A stretch of 64,000 nucleotides of DNA from Syntrophobacteraceae bacterium (GCA_007125915.1 SLCH01000011.1:924-64923), one strand, 5' to 3'; shown: positions 48,692-59,294, numbered from the stretch's first letter. Notes: generated by a model from the sequence alone, not told the origin. Program-made: numbers and translations.

Positions 48692-48988
48692 TCAAAGCTT
48701 TTGACGGACAGACTCTATTTTTTGCTCAGGGCTTGCCGCAATGTCCCTTCGGTCGTCTATTCTCACCTGAGTGAGCACTCGTGCGACTCCTTCCTCAAAA
48801 CATGCTTCGTGCATTCTTCTGAGGATGGTCCAAATCTCGTCCAGGTCCCCTGAGAGGATGGTTCCCATGGCAGTGAGTTCGTAGGGCAGATGGCTCTCCC
48901 GGACCACATTCAAGACTCTGGCCACATGCTGGCTCAAACCGGTTTCCTTCAAACCCAGGGGCACAATGCTGACTTCAACGATAGCCAT
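48692..48988 (-). CDS. MTH1187/YkoF-family small protein
   Basis: MAIVEVSIVPLG...HVA.V......S.L.YELTAMGT..EG pattern typical of this family. Confidence 0.6.
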   Translation of the reverse strand: MAIVEVSIVPLGLKETGLSQHVARVLNVVRESHLPYELTAMGTILSGDLDEIWTILRRMHEACFEEGVARVLTQVRIDDRRDIAASPEQKIESVRQKL

Positions 48989-49077
48989 GGCCTTCAAATC
49001 CTTTCCATGTTTTTTTCTCAGCCCTGGCGGGGCGGAATTTTTTCCCGGACCCACTGGGCTCAAAGAAATCTATACAC

Positions 49078-49947
49078 CTATATCATGAAGGTGTGAAGAT
49101 CATTCCCCAATATATTCCAAAGGCCTTCAAGGGTTTGGAACAGGTGCTCACGGGTGTGGGGCTCCACAGTGAGCAGAGGCCTCGCGCCCCCACTTTTCAT
49201 CGTGTCAAAAAGACGTTGAAAATCGATATTGCCCTGTCCAATGGGCAGGTGCAGGTCGTGGGATCCGTCATTGTCGTGAAGATGCAGTTCTTGCGTTTGC
49301 TCCATGAGCGCGTGCAGCCAATGATCCATGGAGGCACTTGAAAAGCAGTGCTGGTGGCCCACGTCAAAGCAGAATCCGAAATGGGTGGAGGGCAGCTTTT
49401 CAAATAAAATGCGGTGCAGCCCAGGCTCATGTTCCCAAACATTCTCCAGGAGCAGGGGAACCTTGAGTTTTTCTGTTTTTTTCACCAGAACTTCCCATGC
49501 TTTGAGGCTTTCTGAAAGCCAGAAGTCCTGATGTGCGTGATGGTGCCGAGGATCGAAGCCCGTATGGCATACTGCTCGAACAGGTTGAAATATTTCGAAC
49601 ATGTCCACGAACTGATGCAGTCGAAATCGAGACACCTCCCGAATGAGCGGGTCAACGCTGCCGGGATTCAAATCCCAGAAGGGCCCATGCAAGCTGACGC
49701 GGCAGCCTCTCTTCTGAAGTTGCCGGGAGATCTTTTCGTATTCCCGGTACGCTTCTTTTTCCAGTTGAACCGCGCTGAAACCTATCTCCAGATTCATTCC
49801 AAGATCCAAAACCAGCTTCAGGTATTGGGGCAGATAGTCCCATGGCATGTTCACATGAACATGGGGCAGGATTTTCAGGGCATCCTGGGGCAGTCCATGT
49901 TGGAAGGCCTCGTGTGGCGATGGAGTTTTCCTTTTTGAGTCGAACAT
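49078..49947 (-). CDS. xylose-isomerase-like TIM-barrel protein (sugar phosphate isomerase/epimerase / AP-endonuclease-2 fold)
   Basis: LLENV, FDVGH, HLHDNDGSHDLHLPIGQGNIDF metal-site pattern. Confidence 0.65.
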   Translation of the reverse strand: MFDSKRKTPSPHEAFQHGLPQDALKILPHVHVNMPWDYLPQYLKLVLDLGMNLEIGFSAVQLEKEAYREYEKISRQLQKRGCRVSLHGPFWDLNPGSVDPLIREVSRFRLHQFVDMFEIFQPVRAVCHTGFDPRHHHAHQDFWLSESLKAWEVLVKKTEKLKVPLLLENVWEHEPGLHRILFEKLPSTHFGFCFDVGHQHCFSSASMDHWLHALMEQTQELHLHDNDGSHDLHLPIGQGNIDFQRLFDTMKSGGARPLLTVEPHTREHLFQTLEGLWNILGNDLHTFMI

Positions 49948-50577
49948 GTTTGTCCAGTGCGGGGATAAGAAAACCTTTGCGGTCAGCTCTGGCGGGTTCC
50001 GTCTTTACGGGCCTCTGATCCTCAAGGGGCTGCATTTTAAGCTGGGAAACGACTCCCCATATTTCCTTCGCAGGTGAAAGGGAACCTCTTGACAAGGCAC
50101 ATATTTTAAAATAAGCGCGAGTGAGGAGATGTCCACAAAGGTCCATGAAAAACTTTTCAACTCCCGGAAAAATGAAGGGGTTCTCAAAGCCCTTTTCAGC
50201 CCTGGCTGCTGGTTCCGTTGTTCCTCTCGGGCATGACGCTGCACGGCATTGGCGAGGGTGCCATCACACATGGCGCTCGCCGCTCTCAGCCCTTTTTAAG
50301 GTCAGGAACGGTCTCATTTGATCCGGTGGGTGCCAAATGATTTGCATTTGATCCTCAGCCATGTTTGTTTGTCTCCTGGAAAATGTTCCGGTTTCTGGTT
50401 TCGCGACGCGCTGCTTTTTGAAACCTTGACTTGCAAAGATTTTCAAATTTGTGTTTTTGGGCTGACCCCGAGGAAGTTTTTGTTGATTGATTTTTCTTTA
50501 AGTTGTAAAAATTTGTAAAAAAAAAGATACCTGCATCACATTTTGAATGATTCTCCATCAAACACAGTGCTAGGCCT

Positions 50578-51984
50578 ATGAATCCGTCCGGTAGAATTCT
50601 AGTGGTAGATGATGAACCAATGACTCTGGAGCTGATCTGCGAGGAGCTCAAGCGGGCTTCCTTTGAAGTGGATGCCGCATTCAATGGGCTTGAGGCCATC
50701 AAAAAAGCTCAGCAAAAGGTGTATGAGGTCGTCATCACGGACATGTCCATGCCCGGTCTCGATGGCATGGGGGTCCTGTCTCACTTCATGAAACATGCAC
50801 CCGATACCATGGTCATCGTGCTGACGGGATATGGAACCATCGAGACCGCGGTGGATGCCATGAAAAGCGGCGCTTTCGATTATCTCACCAAGCCCGCCAA
50901 AATCGATGAAATTCTATTGGTCGTCAAAAGGGCATTGGAGCTCAAAAACCTCAAGGCGGAGAATGAACTGCTCAAGTCACAGCTTCAGGAGCGATACCGC
51001 TTTGACCGCATCATCGGCAAAAGCGAACCCATGCAGATCATCTACCGCATGATTGAGCGGATTTCCAGGACTGATTCCACGGTGCTCATCAGTGGAGAAA
51101 GCGGCACGGGCAAAGAGCTCATCGCCAATGCCATCCACTACAACAGTTCCAGGAAAGAAAAGCCGTTTGTGCCCATCAACTGCGGAGCCATACCCGAAGA
51201 GCTTCTGGAAAGTGAGCTCTTCGGCCACGAAAAGGGCTCGTTCACGGGAGCATACCGTGAGCGCGTCGGGCGCTTTGAGATGGCCCATCAAGGCACCATT
51301 TTCCTTGATGAAATCGGTGAAATGAGTGCCAAGCTGCAGGTGAAACTCCTGAGGTTCATTCAGGAGAAAAAATTCGAGCGCGTGGGAGGATCCAGGACCA
51401 TCCAGGTGGACGTGCGCATTTTGGCGGCGACCAATCGAGACCTTGACAAGATGGTGGCACAGGGGGCTTTCAGAGAGGATCTTTTCTATCGCCTCAATGT
51501 CATCCCCATCAGAGTTCCTCCCCTACGTGAGCGTGCCGATGATGTGGTCCTGCTCACGCACCACTTCCTGCAACTGCACAGCCATAAAAAAAGCATTCCT
51601 CTGAAAAAAATTTCCTCGGCAGCCATGGATGCCATGCAGCGTTACAGCTGGCCAGGAAACGTTCGAGAGTTGGAAAACGTCATCGAGCGCATGATCATCC
51701 TCACGGAAGGGGACGAGATTCACCTGGAAGATCTGCCTCAAAGAATGCAGGTGCAGCCTCTCCGTCAGTCCTTCCCCTCCATCGGGCTTGATGACGACGG
51801 AATCGACCTTAAAAGAACCCTTGACGACCTGGAAAACACGCTCATTGTGGAGGCCCTCAAGAAATGCGGGGGTGTGAAGAACCAGGCGGCCAAGCTCCTT
51901 GGCCTCAACCGGACCACTCTCATCGAAAAAATGAAAAAGAAAAAGCTCTTTTTTCCTGAAAACCTGGGAGGTTCCGATGATTAG
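50578..51984 (+). CDS. sigma-54-dependent response regulator (NtrC family)
   Basis: REC (ILVVDDE..ITDMSMPG..KP). AAA+ (GESGTGKE, ESELFGHEKGSFTGA). C-terminal Fis-type HTH. Confidence 0.85.
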   Translation: MNPSGRILVVDDEPMTLELICEELKRASFEVDAAFNGLEAIKKAQQKVYEVVITDMSMPGLDGMGVLSHFMKHAPDTMVIVLTGYGTIETAVDAMKSGAFDYLTKPAKIDEILLVVKRALELKNLKAENELLKSQLQERYRFDRIIGKSEPMQIIYRMIERISRTDSTVLISGESGTGKELIANAIHYNSSRKEKPFVPINCGAIPEELLESELFGHEKGSFTGAYRERVGRFEMAHQGTIFLDEIGEMSAKLQVKLLRFIQEKKFERVGGSRTIQVDVRILAATNRDLDKMVAQGAFREDLFYRLNVIPIRVPPLRERADDVVLLTHHFLQLHSHKKSIPLKKISSAAMDAMQRYSWPGNVRELENVIERMIILTEGDEIHLEDLPQRMQVQPLRQSFPSIGLDDDGIDLKRTLDDLENTLIVEALKKCGGVKNQAAKLLGLNRTTLIEKMKKKKLFFPENLGGSDD

Positions 51985-52212
51985 TGTTCTCTGGCCCGGT
52001 GGCGGCCAGAGAAAAGGGGTTTCTACCGAGAAGTTCAGGAGCTCGGGTTTCCAGCAATCGTTCCACTGAACATCCCTCCCGCCCTTCATTCCCTGCCTCA
52101 GTCCGGGACACTCCGGGTCAAATTTTTCTGAAAAAGCTTTACCTGAAAATTTTTTTGCAGCAGACCCCTTCGACGTCTCATATCGTTGGGCAGCCTCGAA
52201 TTCTATGCACCT

Positions 52213-52227
52213 TGGCATGTTTAATGC
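52213..52227 (+). promoter_or_regulatory. candidate sigma-54 promoter
   Basis: TGGCAT-N5-ATGC (GG-N10-GC spacing), 35 nt upstream of the TPR gene start. Confidence 0.35.
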
Positions 52228-52261
52228 CTGACTCCAAAGTTGTGACTTATCCTCATCACCC

Positions 52262-54793
52262 ATGAATACCTTGGTGCACTTCGGGGGGCCTGGAAAAGAT
52301 ATGTGGACAAGAATGAATCAGATGCCGCCGGTACTGGCCTGCTTATTGGGTTTTGCCATCGCATGGCTTCTATTTCCCTGGGAGGCGTTGGCCCTTGGAT
52401 CGACCCATGTGCACAACGTTCGCTTTGGTGAGCATTCCGGTTTCTCGCGTCTGGTTTTTGACGCTCAAGGAGCTCGCCCAACTGGTTTTGATCCGCAGCC
52501 AGAGGGCGGGTTAATGATCCGCTTTCATGAATTGCACACTTCCCTGGCATCCAGGGTCGAGGCACACAGGTCCGTGCAACTGGTGCGGGGTGTGGAGATC
52601 CTGAGTGTGGGCAAGGATGCGCGCATACTCATTTTGTGCGACCTCGAAAAGGTTGAGTTCAGTCATGAATACCTGCCCGGTGTTCGCCATCGTCCTGGAG
52701 GGTACCGCCTGGTGCTTGATTTCAGGGCCCCTGAGGAGGGCAAAACCCGGAAAGATACGTCCTTCGATGAGAGCTTGAAGACTGAAAAGGTGGAGGGGAG
52801 AGCCCTGGAGGCTTTTTCTGGTCCCGCATTGCCTTTGGGCGGCACGCCTGTAGAAAAGGTTGATCCCGTGGAAAAAGATGCTGAACAAGTATCCGGGTCC
52901 ACCAGGACGTCCGCGAAGCCAGAGCAGGAGTTCCTGGCTTGTTTGAAAGAAAGGGGGGCACTCTCGCCGGAAAGCCGTCATGGCGAAGGGGCGAGAGCTT
53001 TCAATGAGTGCAGGGACAATGTGGCGGGAGATGAGCAATGGCATCTTCGAACGGCTTATCTTTTCGCTCAGGCCTACTATCAGCACAATGAAGAACGGCT
53101 GCTGGAAGTGGGTGCTGAAGTTCTGGCCGCTTTCTCTCGAGCACTCAATGCAGGCATTCTGGAGGAAAAAACCCCCACAGCCCTCTTTTACAGCGGGCGC
53201 ACCTGCATGGTCATGGGAGACTGGAGGCGGGCAGAGATGCACTTCATGCGGCTTGTGGAGGACTATTCGCAGCATCACCTTGCGGGCAGAACCTGGCTGA
53301 AGCTTGCGCAGATCTATGCTTCAGCCAGGTCTTACCTGGAATCGGTTCAGGCGGCCCGCCGGGCTCAGGAGCACCCCCTGACACAATGGCAGAAAGCCGA
53401 AGCCTTCTGCTTTGTGGGGAAAGGGCTTTACATGCTTGGAGATTCCGAGGGGGCTGCGGAGAATACTGAGAAGTGCCTGCAGAAGGAACCATCTTATTAT
53501 TTGCGGGAACCTCAGCTTCTGAGGGAACTGGGAGAATCCCACTTTTCCCTGGGCAATCACCAGGAAAGCAATGACCGCCTGCTTCATTATCTCAATGTTT
53601 CAGGAGCGGTTCCCGATACGGATCTTGTTCTTGCAAGGGTGGCGGAAAACTTCACTTTTCTGGGAGAAACCTCTCTGGCCGAACGTCTGAGAAACCATGT
53701 GGCCATCGAATATCCCCACACGGAAGGGGCGGTGATCGTCCAGCTGCGCGTGGCTGAAGCCTATGAGACGGAAGAGCCCGCTCAGCCTCTGCTGGCTCGT
53801 GCCATCTACGAGGAACTCCTTCAAAAGGGTCCCAATCAGCAGTTGCGGGGCCTGTTGAAGCTCAAGCTGGCTGCCTGGCATTGGAAGCATGGAAGTCTCC
53901 ATGAAAGTCTTCACATCATCCAGGAAGCACTGGCAACAGGAGATGCAGGCAATGCTGCGGGCGAATTCATCCGTGTGAAAGAGAAAGTTCTGGAAAAACT
54001 CATTGGCGAGGCTTTCGTGCACGAAAATCATCGGGAAGTGGTGGCTCTCTATGCAGAGAACAGTTCAACGGTGAAAGGGCTTGGCTCTCCGGATCTGATC
54101 CGGCGGGTTGCGGAGAGCCATGGAGCTCTGGGGTTGTATGGGGAAGCCATAGCTCTCCATGAGGAGCTTGTGGCCAATGAACAGGCCTGTGACGAAAGTT
54201 TTTTGAGGCTGGCCCAGTACAATTTTCTGACAGGACAGGTTCAAAAAGCTGAGACTTATCTTTCACGGGTGGGCTCGGGATGGGCTGCCGAGAAGAACAA
54301 GCTGCTGGGGCAGATAGCAGGTGCCGGGGGGGACCACTCAAAGGCCGTGACTTTCCTTTCCCGTGTACTGAGGGATGTGTCTGCAGCGACCCAGGATGAT
54401 CTGGATTGGATTGCCCTTTACGTGCACAGCCTTTTGAGGGTGGACCGGCCCTGGGAGGCGGTCAAGTGGGTTGATGGAGCCCTCGGTATTGCGGACGAAC
54501 AGGAGATGGTGGTCAGGTTGAGCCTTCTGAGGGTGGGCGCCCTGGAACAATTGAAAAGGTGGCATGAAGCTGCCGCAACTCTTGAGACCGTTCTTGCACT
54601 GCCAATGGGGAAAACTCAGAGAAGCACCCTCACCTACCGCCTTTCCGGCATTTATCAGCAGGCGGGCATGGAGGATCGGGCATTGGAAAGGCTTGCCCAG
54701 CTTTCGGAATCTTCCGATCCTTTTTGGCAAAGCGTGGCAAGGCAGCAATTGGATTACATCGGCCTCAAAAAGGAGGGCCTGCTGGAGTTTTGA
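52262..54793 (+). CDS. large TPR-repeat protein with possible AMIN-like N-terminal beta domain
   Basis: Signal/TM segment. Then V.NVRFGEHSGFSRLVFD...GYRLVLDF, which may be AMIN-like (by eye, unverified). The rest has TPR-like helical repeats. Confidence 0.55.
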   Translation: MNTLVHFGGPGKDMWTRMNQMPPVLACLLGFAIAWLLFPWEALALGSTHVHNVRFGEHSGFSRLVFDAQGARPTGFDPQPEGGLMIRFHELHTSLASRVEAHRSVQLVRGVEILSVGKDARILILCDLEKVEFSHEYLPGVRHRPGGYRLVLDFRAPEEGKTRKDTSFDESLKTEKVEGRALEAFSGPALPLGGTPVEKVDPVEKDAEQVSGSTRTSAKPEQEFLACLKERGALSPESRHGEGARAFNECRDNVAGDEQWHLRTAYLFAQAYYQHNEERLLEVGAEVLAAFSRALNAGILEEKTPTALFYSGRTCMVMGDWRRAEMHFMRLVEDYSQHHLAGRTWLKLAQIYASARSYLESVQAARRAQEHPLTQWQKAEAFCFVGKGLYMLGDSEGAAENTEKCLQKEPSYYLREPQLLRELGESHFSLGNHQESNDRLLHYLNVSGAVPDTDLVLARVAENFTFLGETSLAERLRNHVAIEYPHTEGAVIVQLRVAEAYETEEPAQPLLARAIYEELLQKGPNQQLRGLLKLKLAAWHWKHGSLHESLHIIQEALATGDAGNAAGEFIRVKEKVLEKLIGEAFVHENHREVVALYAENSSTVKGLGSPDLIRRVAESHGALGLYGEAIALHEELVANEQACDESFLRLAQYNFLTGQVQKAETYLSRVGSGWAAEKNKLLGQIAGAGGDHSKAVTFLSRVLRDVSAATQDDLDWIALYVHSLLRVDRPWEAVKWVDGALGIADEQEMVVRLSLLRVGALEQLKRWHEAAATLETVLALPMGKTQRSTLTYRLSGIYQQAGMEDRALERLAQLSESSDPFWQSVARQQLDYIGLKKEGLLEF

Positions 54794-54815
54794 AGGATCT
54801 GCACCTCCGTTCGGT

Positions 54816-54830
54816 TGGGTGATTTCTTGC
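54816..54830 (+). promoter_or_regulatory. candidate sigma-54 promoter
   Basis: TGGGTG-N5-TTGC with GG-N10-GC spacing, 27 nt upstream of ATG 54857. Confidence 0.35.
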
Positions 54831-54856
54831 GTCAGCCATGGGCAAACGAGGAAAAA

Positions 54857-56200
54857 ATGCTTGCATTGGTAGTGAATAAAGACTCCCAGGAAATGAAAAA
54901 GATGGAAAAATGTCTTCGCGGGTTAGGCCATGAGGTCGAATGCCTTTCCCGCCTGTCAGGCCTTCCCCCGCAACTGGAGAAAGGAAGGCCTCATGTGGTT
55001 TTTGTGTGTTTTGATGGCCAAAGGGAGGAGACCCTGTCCTTTCTTGAGAGAAACCAGGACAGCGGCGACCCTTTGCCCGTCATTGTGGGCACGGGAGCGC
55101 CCAGGCTCGACGATGCCGTTGTTTGCATGAAAAAAGGGGCCCACGATTTCTGGGTCAAACCTTTCGGGCGTGAGCGCCTCTCAAAGGCCATGGAGTCCAT
55201 AGCTTCCATGAATGGGGGGAAAGCTCAAAGAACTCGGGAACAGGAGGACCAGGAACGGCCCATACTGAGCAGCAACCCGGTGATGCTCAAGCTCAAGGAG
55301 CTGGCGGAGAAGGTGGCACAAAGCGATGCAGCGGTCTTCATTCAGGGGGAGAGCGGAACGGGGAAGGAACTTTTTGCCCGCTTCATACACGGGAAGAGCC
55401 GGCGGCTGGGCAAACCTTTTTTGGCCATCAACTGTGCCGCGCTGCCCGAAAACCTTCTGGAGAGTGAACTCTTTGGCTACGAAAAGGGAGCCTTCACAGG
55501 GGCCATCAAAAGCAAAGCGGGCAAGTTTGAACTCGCCGATGGGGGCACGCTCCTGCTGGATGAGGTGACGGAGATGAGTGTGCCCCTTCAGGCAAAACTT
55601 CTTCGGGTGCTCCAGGAAAGGGAACTGGATCGGCTTGGAGGGCGCTTTCCCATTCCAGTGAATGTGAGGATTATCGCCACCACCAATGGGAGCATGGACG
55701 AGTTGCTCGCGGAGGGTCAGTTCAGGAAGGATTTGTATTATCGGTTGAATGTGATTCCTCTGAAAATTCCCCCCCTGCGCCACAGGGGCGAAGACATGGA
55801 ACCTTTGTGCCGGTTTTTCATTGACAAGTACAGCAGGGTGCATGGTTCCAAGGCTGGTTGCCTGCATCCCGCCGCCCTGAAAAAGCTTGCAGCCCATTCG
55901 TGGCCCGGCAACGTGAGAGAACTGGAGAATGTGATTCAGAGGGCGGTTCTCTTGGCCACAGGTCCCGTCATCACCACGGAAAATCTCTTTCTTGATGACA
56001 TGGAAAGGGCCCTTCGTGTTTCTCACGGGGATACTGAGGACCTCATGACTCTCAGTGAAATGGAAAAGCGGCTCATCTACAAAGCCCTGGAAACCGTCAA
56101 TGAAAACAGAACCCGGGCGGCGGAAATTCTTGGAATCAGTGTGCGCACTCTTCGCAACAAGCTCAATGAATACCGTGGCCAGGGGGCTCACATTGCCTGA
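54857..56200 (+). CDS. sigma-54-dependent activator with atypical receiver domain (FleQ/FlrA-like)
   Basis: AAA+ (GESGTGKE, ESELFGYEKGAFTGA) and C-terminal HTH. The N-terminal REC-like fold lacks the DD acidic pair (LVVNKDS). Sits directly upstream of flgB. Confidence 0.75.
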   Translation: MLALVVNKDSQEMKKMEKCLRGLGHEVECLSRLSGLPPQLEKGRPHVVFVCFDGQREETLSFLERNQDSGDPLPVIVGTGAPRLDDAVVCMKKGAHDFWVKPFGRERLSKAMESIASMNGGKAQRTREQEDQERPILSSNPVMLKLKELAEKVAQSDAAVFIQGESGTGKELFARFIHGKSRRLGKPFLAINCAALPENLLESELFGYEKGAFTGAIKSKAGKFELADGGTLLLDEVTEMSVPLQAKLLRVLQERELDRLGGRFPIPVNVRIIATTNGSMDELLAEGQFRKDLYYRLNVIPLKIPPLRHRGEDMEPLCRFFIDKYSRVHGSKAGCLHPAALKKLAAHSWPGNVRELENVIQRAVLLATGPVITTENLFLDDMERALRVSHGDTEDLMTLSEMEKRLIYKALETVNENRTRAAEILGISVRTLRNKLNEYRGQGAHIA

Positions 56201-56315
56201 GCGGGGGCCGATGGGTCCCTTTTCTTTGTCAAGAATCTGACAGCTGCTCCTCGTTCCTTTTGTTTTGAATGCTCCATGCCCCTTGTTTGGCATTTCTTTC
56301 CTGTCCCATCAGGGC

Positions 56316-56331
56316 TGGTACGCATGTTGCT
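56316..56331 (+). promoter_or_regulatory. sigma-54 promoter of the flgB operon
   Basis: TGGTACGCATGTTGCT matches TGGCAC-N5-TTGCW. Lies 65 nt upstream of flgB. Confidence 0.6.
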
Positions 56332-56395
56332 TCACGTTTTGTTGTATTGCTTTTAGATTCTTTTGTGATTCATTTTTCCTTGGGGAGGGATCGGA

Positions 56396-56785
56396 ATGAA
56401 CGTTCAGAAGCCATTCGACAAGACCATCGACCTCATACAGGATCGTTTGAATCTCAATTCTTTGAACCAGAAAGCCATTTCTGGCAACCTGGCCAATCTG
56501 AACACGCCCGGCTATGTGGCCAAGGAGGTGTCTTTTGAAAGCGATTTGCGTGAAGCCCTGGAGGATGGCGCCATGTCCATGACTCGAAGTGATCCCAGGC
56601 ATGTGGACACGGCGGGGTTGAAGGCGGCCATGCAGTCGCCCGAGTTGAAAGCCGTCGGCCCCGTGGATCTGGACCGGGAAATGGTGAACCTGGCTCGCAA
56701 CAACGTGGAGTACCAGTACATGGTCACCATGCTCAACAAAAAATTTGCCATGCTCAAACTGGCCCTGGGTGAAGGAGGACAATGA
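56396..56785 (+). CDS. flgB: flagellar basal-body rod protein FlgB
   Basis: N-terminal rod motif (..ISGNLANLNTPGY) and operon position. Confidence 0.85.
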   Translation: MNVQKPFDKTIDLIQDRLNLNSLNQKAISGNLANLNTPGYVAKEVSFESDLREALEDGAMSMTRSDPRHVDTAGLKAAMQSPELKAVGPVDLDREMVNLARNNVEYQYMVTMLNKKFAMLKLALGEGGQ

Positions 56786-57222
56786 TGGATTTTGATGCTT
56801 CCATGCGCATCAGCGCTTCGGGACTGACGGCCAATCGTGTGTACATGAATGTGCTGTCGTCCAATCTGGCCAATGTGAACACAACCCGCACTGCTGATGG
56901 GGAGCCTTACCGAAGGAGAACGGTCATTTACGAGAGTTCTCAGCTGGACAATAATTTTGACGCAGCTGTGAACAGGGCTCTTCAGGATGAAATTCACAAG
57001 GTACGGGTGGTGGATGTGGTGCCCGACGGAAGGGAGTTCAGGGAAATGTATGACCCCAGCCATCCCGATGCGGATGAGAGGGGCATTGTGCGCATGCCCA
57101 ATATCACTCCCATCGAGGAAATGGCGAACCTGGTAGCGGCTGCCCGTTCCTATGAGGCCAACCTCGCTGCTTTGCAGACAGCCAAACAGCTTTCCCTCAA
57201 AGCCCTTGAAATCGGCAGGTAA
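56782..57222 (+). CDS. flgC: flagellar basal-body rod protein FlgC
   Basis: ISASGLTANR..VLSSNLANVNTT.. and C-terminal SYEANL..LQTAK. Confidence 0.9.
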   Translation: MMDFDASMRISASGLTANRVYMNVLSSNLANVNTTRTADGEPYRRRTVIYESSQLDNNFDAAVNRALQDEIHKVRVVDVVPDGREFREMYDPSHPDADERGIVRMPNITPIEEMANLVAAARSYEANLAALQTAKQLSLKALEIGR

Positions 57223-57243
57223 CCAAAGAAAGGGGTCGAAACA

Positions 57244-57552
57244 ATGGTTCATTTCAATCCCGGCTCTCCTCTTGAGCCCGAACGGAATCATCCTGACTCT
57301 TCAGCGGTTTTGAAGGGAGGGGAGGCTGCCCGCGGCGGGTTTCTCGACGAACTGAAAACGAGAATTCAGGAGGTGAATTCCCTTCACAACAGCACGGATG
57401 GGCTCATGCGGGAAAGCGCTGTGAAGGGAGCCACCAATGTTCATGAAACCATGATTCAGATGGAAAAGGCCGATTTGAGCCTCCGCATGATGCTTCGGGT
57501 TAGAGACAAGGCCATTTCCGCCTATCAGGAAATCATGCGCATGCAGTTCTGA
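57244..57552 (+). CDS. fliE: flagellar hook-basal body protein FliE
   Basis: Size, position and the C-terminal pattern ..EKADLSLRMMLRVRDKAISAYQEIMRMQ. Confidence 0.8.
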   Translation: MVHFNPGSPLEPERNHPDSSAVLKGGEAARGGFLDELKTRIQEVNSLHNSTDGLMRESAVKGATNVHETMIQMEKADLSLRMMLRVRDKAISAYQEIMRMQF

Positions 57553-57685
57553 TGGGCGTTTTGCACCGTTGAAAGGTCATGCAGAAGTCTCTTCAAGCGT
57601 GGATTGGGGAAAAATCAACTTCTGCGCCCATTGATTCTTCTTTGTGGTGAATGGTCACGAATATCGAAGGTGGACATCAAGTCAC

Positions 57686-59290
57686 ATGGACTCCCTATTG
57701 AAGACTTTTCAGAGAATCGGGTCTGCTTTTCGCGGTCTTCCAACCTCGCAGAAGATCCTCTATTCGGGCAGTGTGTTCATTCTCATCGCTAGTTTGGGTT
57801 ATCTCCTCTATGCAGCCAATACACGAGAATACGCAGGTCTTTATTCTGGACTGTCCGAAGAGGACCTTGGCCTGGTGGTGCAGAGGCTGAATGCCCAGAA
57901 AATTCCTTATCGCATAACAGGACAAGGCAGCATCAGCGTTCCACGGGACGTGCTGTATGAAACAAGGCTGTCTCTGGCTTCCGAGGGCGTTCCCACAGGG
58001 GGAGGGACGGGTTTTGAAATTTTCGATGTTCAGAAGCTGGGCAGCACCGATTTTGTGCAGAAGGTGAACTACCAGAGGGCTCTTCAGGGGGAGTTGTCCA
58101 GGACCATCAACAAGATGGATGCTGTTGAGCAAAGCCGTGTTCACCTGGTGATGCCCGAGGAGAGTCTTTTCAGGGAAGACCAGAAGCCTCCCAGCGCCTC
58201 CGTGGTGCTCAAACTGCGGCACGGAGTGAGACTTTCCTCGTCCCAGGTGCAAGGCATTGTCAATCTTGTGTCGGGTGCGGTACCAGGACTGGAAGAGGAA
58301 AAGATCACCGTTTTGAGCACCGACGGGCAGGTCATTTTCAAAAGGGACTCCAGTTCCAATTCTTTTCTCAGTGACCAGCAGGCCAAATACAAAAGTCTGA
58401 TGGAGGAGGACTACCGCCGAAAAGTGCAAACAATGCTGGAGCAGTTGCTGGGGGCAAATCGCGTTATCACGCGTGTCTCCCTGGACCTCGACTTCAACAG
58501 GGCTCAGGTGACCGAAGAACTCTTTGACCCGGACAGCTCGGTGGTGAGGAGTCAGCAGCGAAGCATGGAAAGCTCACAGGATCGCGACCTCAATCCCAGA
58601 GGGAATCCAGACAGGCCCGTCAACCTGGAGGGAAGGCTTGTGGGCGCTGATGCTCTTGAGCCGGAACAACAGGAACAAAAAGGGTTCAGCCGTCAGCGGG
58701 AAACGGTCAATTACGAAATCAACCGGGTTGCGAGGCAAACGGTGCATGCCCCCGGAGGGGTGCGCAACGTGTCCGTGGCGGTCATCGTGGATGGCCCCTA
58801 TGAAATCAAACCCGATGAGGATGGCAAGATGAAGCCATTTTTTGTGGGGCGTTCCGCGGATGAGATGAACACTCTGGAGGATCTGGTGAAAAGAGCCGTG
58901 GGCTATGACGAGGGAAGAGGCGACCAGATCACCGTGTCCAATGTGCCCTTCGCCACCGATTATGGAGCCATGGAAGGGATCGGCCAGGAGAACAGGTGGC
59001 TGAAAATGCTCAAAGACAATCAAAGAATACTGCTCAACCTGCTGCTCATCCTTCTCGTGTTCCTTTTTGTGGTGCGTCCTTTCATGAAAAAGCTTCAGGA
59101 TCTCGAGGTGAACGATTCCAACGAGAAAGAAAAAGTTCCCGCTCTGCCAGGTGCTGAAGAGAATGCAGACCTCATCGATTATCAGGAATCTCAGAAGGTG
59201 ACCTTGAAGCAGAAAGCCATCGCGTTGGTCAACCAGGACCCCAAGCGGGCCAGCGACGTGGTCCGCGCCTGGCTGCGTGAGGAGTCTTGA
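57686..59290 (+). CDS. fliF: flagellar MS-ring protein FliF
   Basis: TM segment followed by YxxLYSGLSEED..VVQRLNAQKIPY pattern. C-terminal TM and FliG-binding tail. Confidence 0.85.
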   Translation: MDSLLKTFQRIGSAFRGLPTSQKILYSGSVFILIASLGYLLYAANTREYAGLYSGLSEEDLGLVVQRLNAQKIPYRITGQGSISVPRDVLYETRLSLASEGVPTGGGTGFEIFDVQKLGSTDFVQKVNYQRALQGELSRTINKMDAVEQSRVHLVMPEESLFREDQKPPSASVVLKLRHGVRLSSSQVQGIVNLVSGAVPGLEEEKITVLSTDGQVIFKRDSSSNSFLSDQQAKYKSLMEEDYRRKVQTMLEQLLGANRVITRVSLDLDFNRAQVTEELFDPDSSVVRSQQRSMESSQDRDLNPRGNPDRPVNLEGRLVGADALEPEQQEQKGFSRQRETVNYEINRVARQTVHAPGGVRNVSVAVIVDGPYEIKPDEDGKMKPFFVGRSADEMNTLEDLVKRAVGYDEGRGDQITVSNVPFATDYGAMEGIGQENRWLKMLKDNQRILLNLLLILLVFLFVVRPFMKKLQDLEVNDSNEKEKVPALPGAEENADLIDYQESQKVTLKQKAIALVNQDPKRASDVVRAWLREES

Positions 59291-59294
59291 ATCC

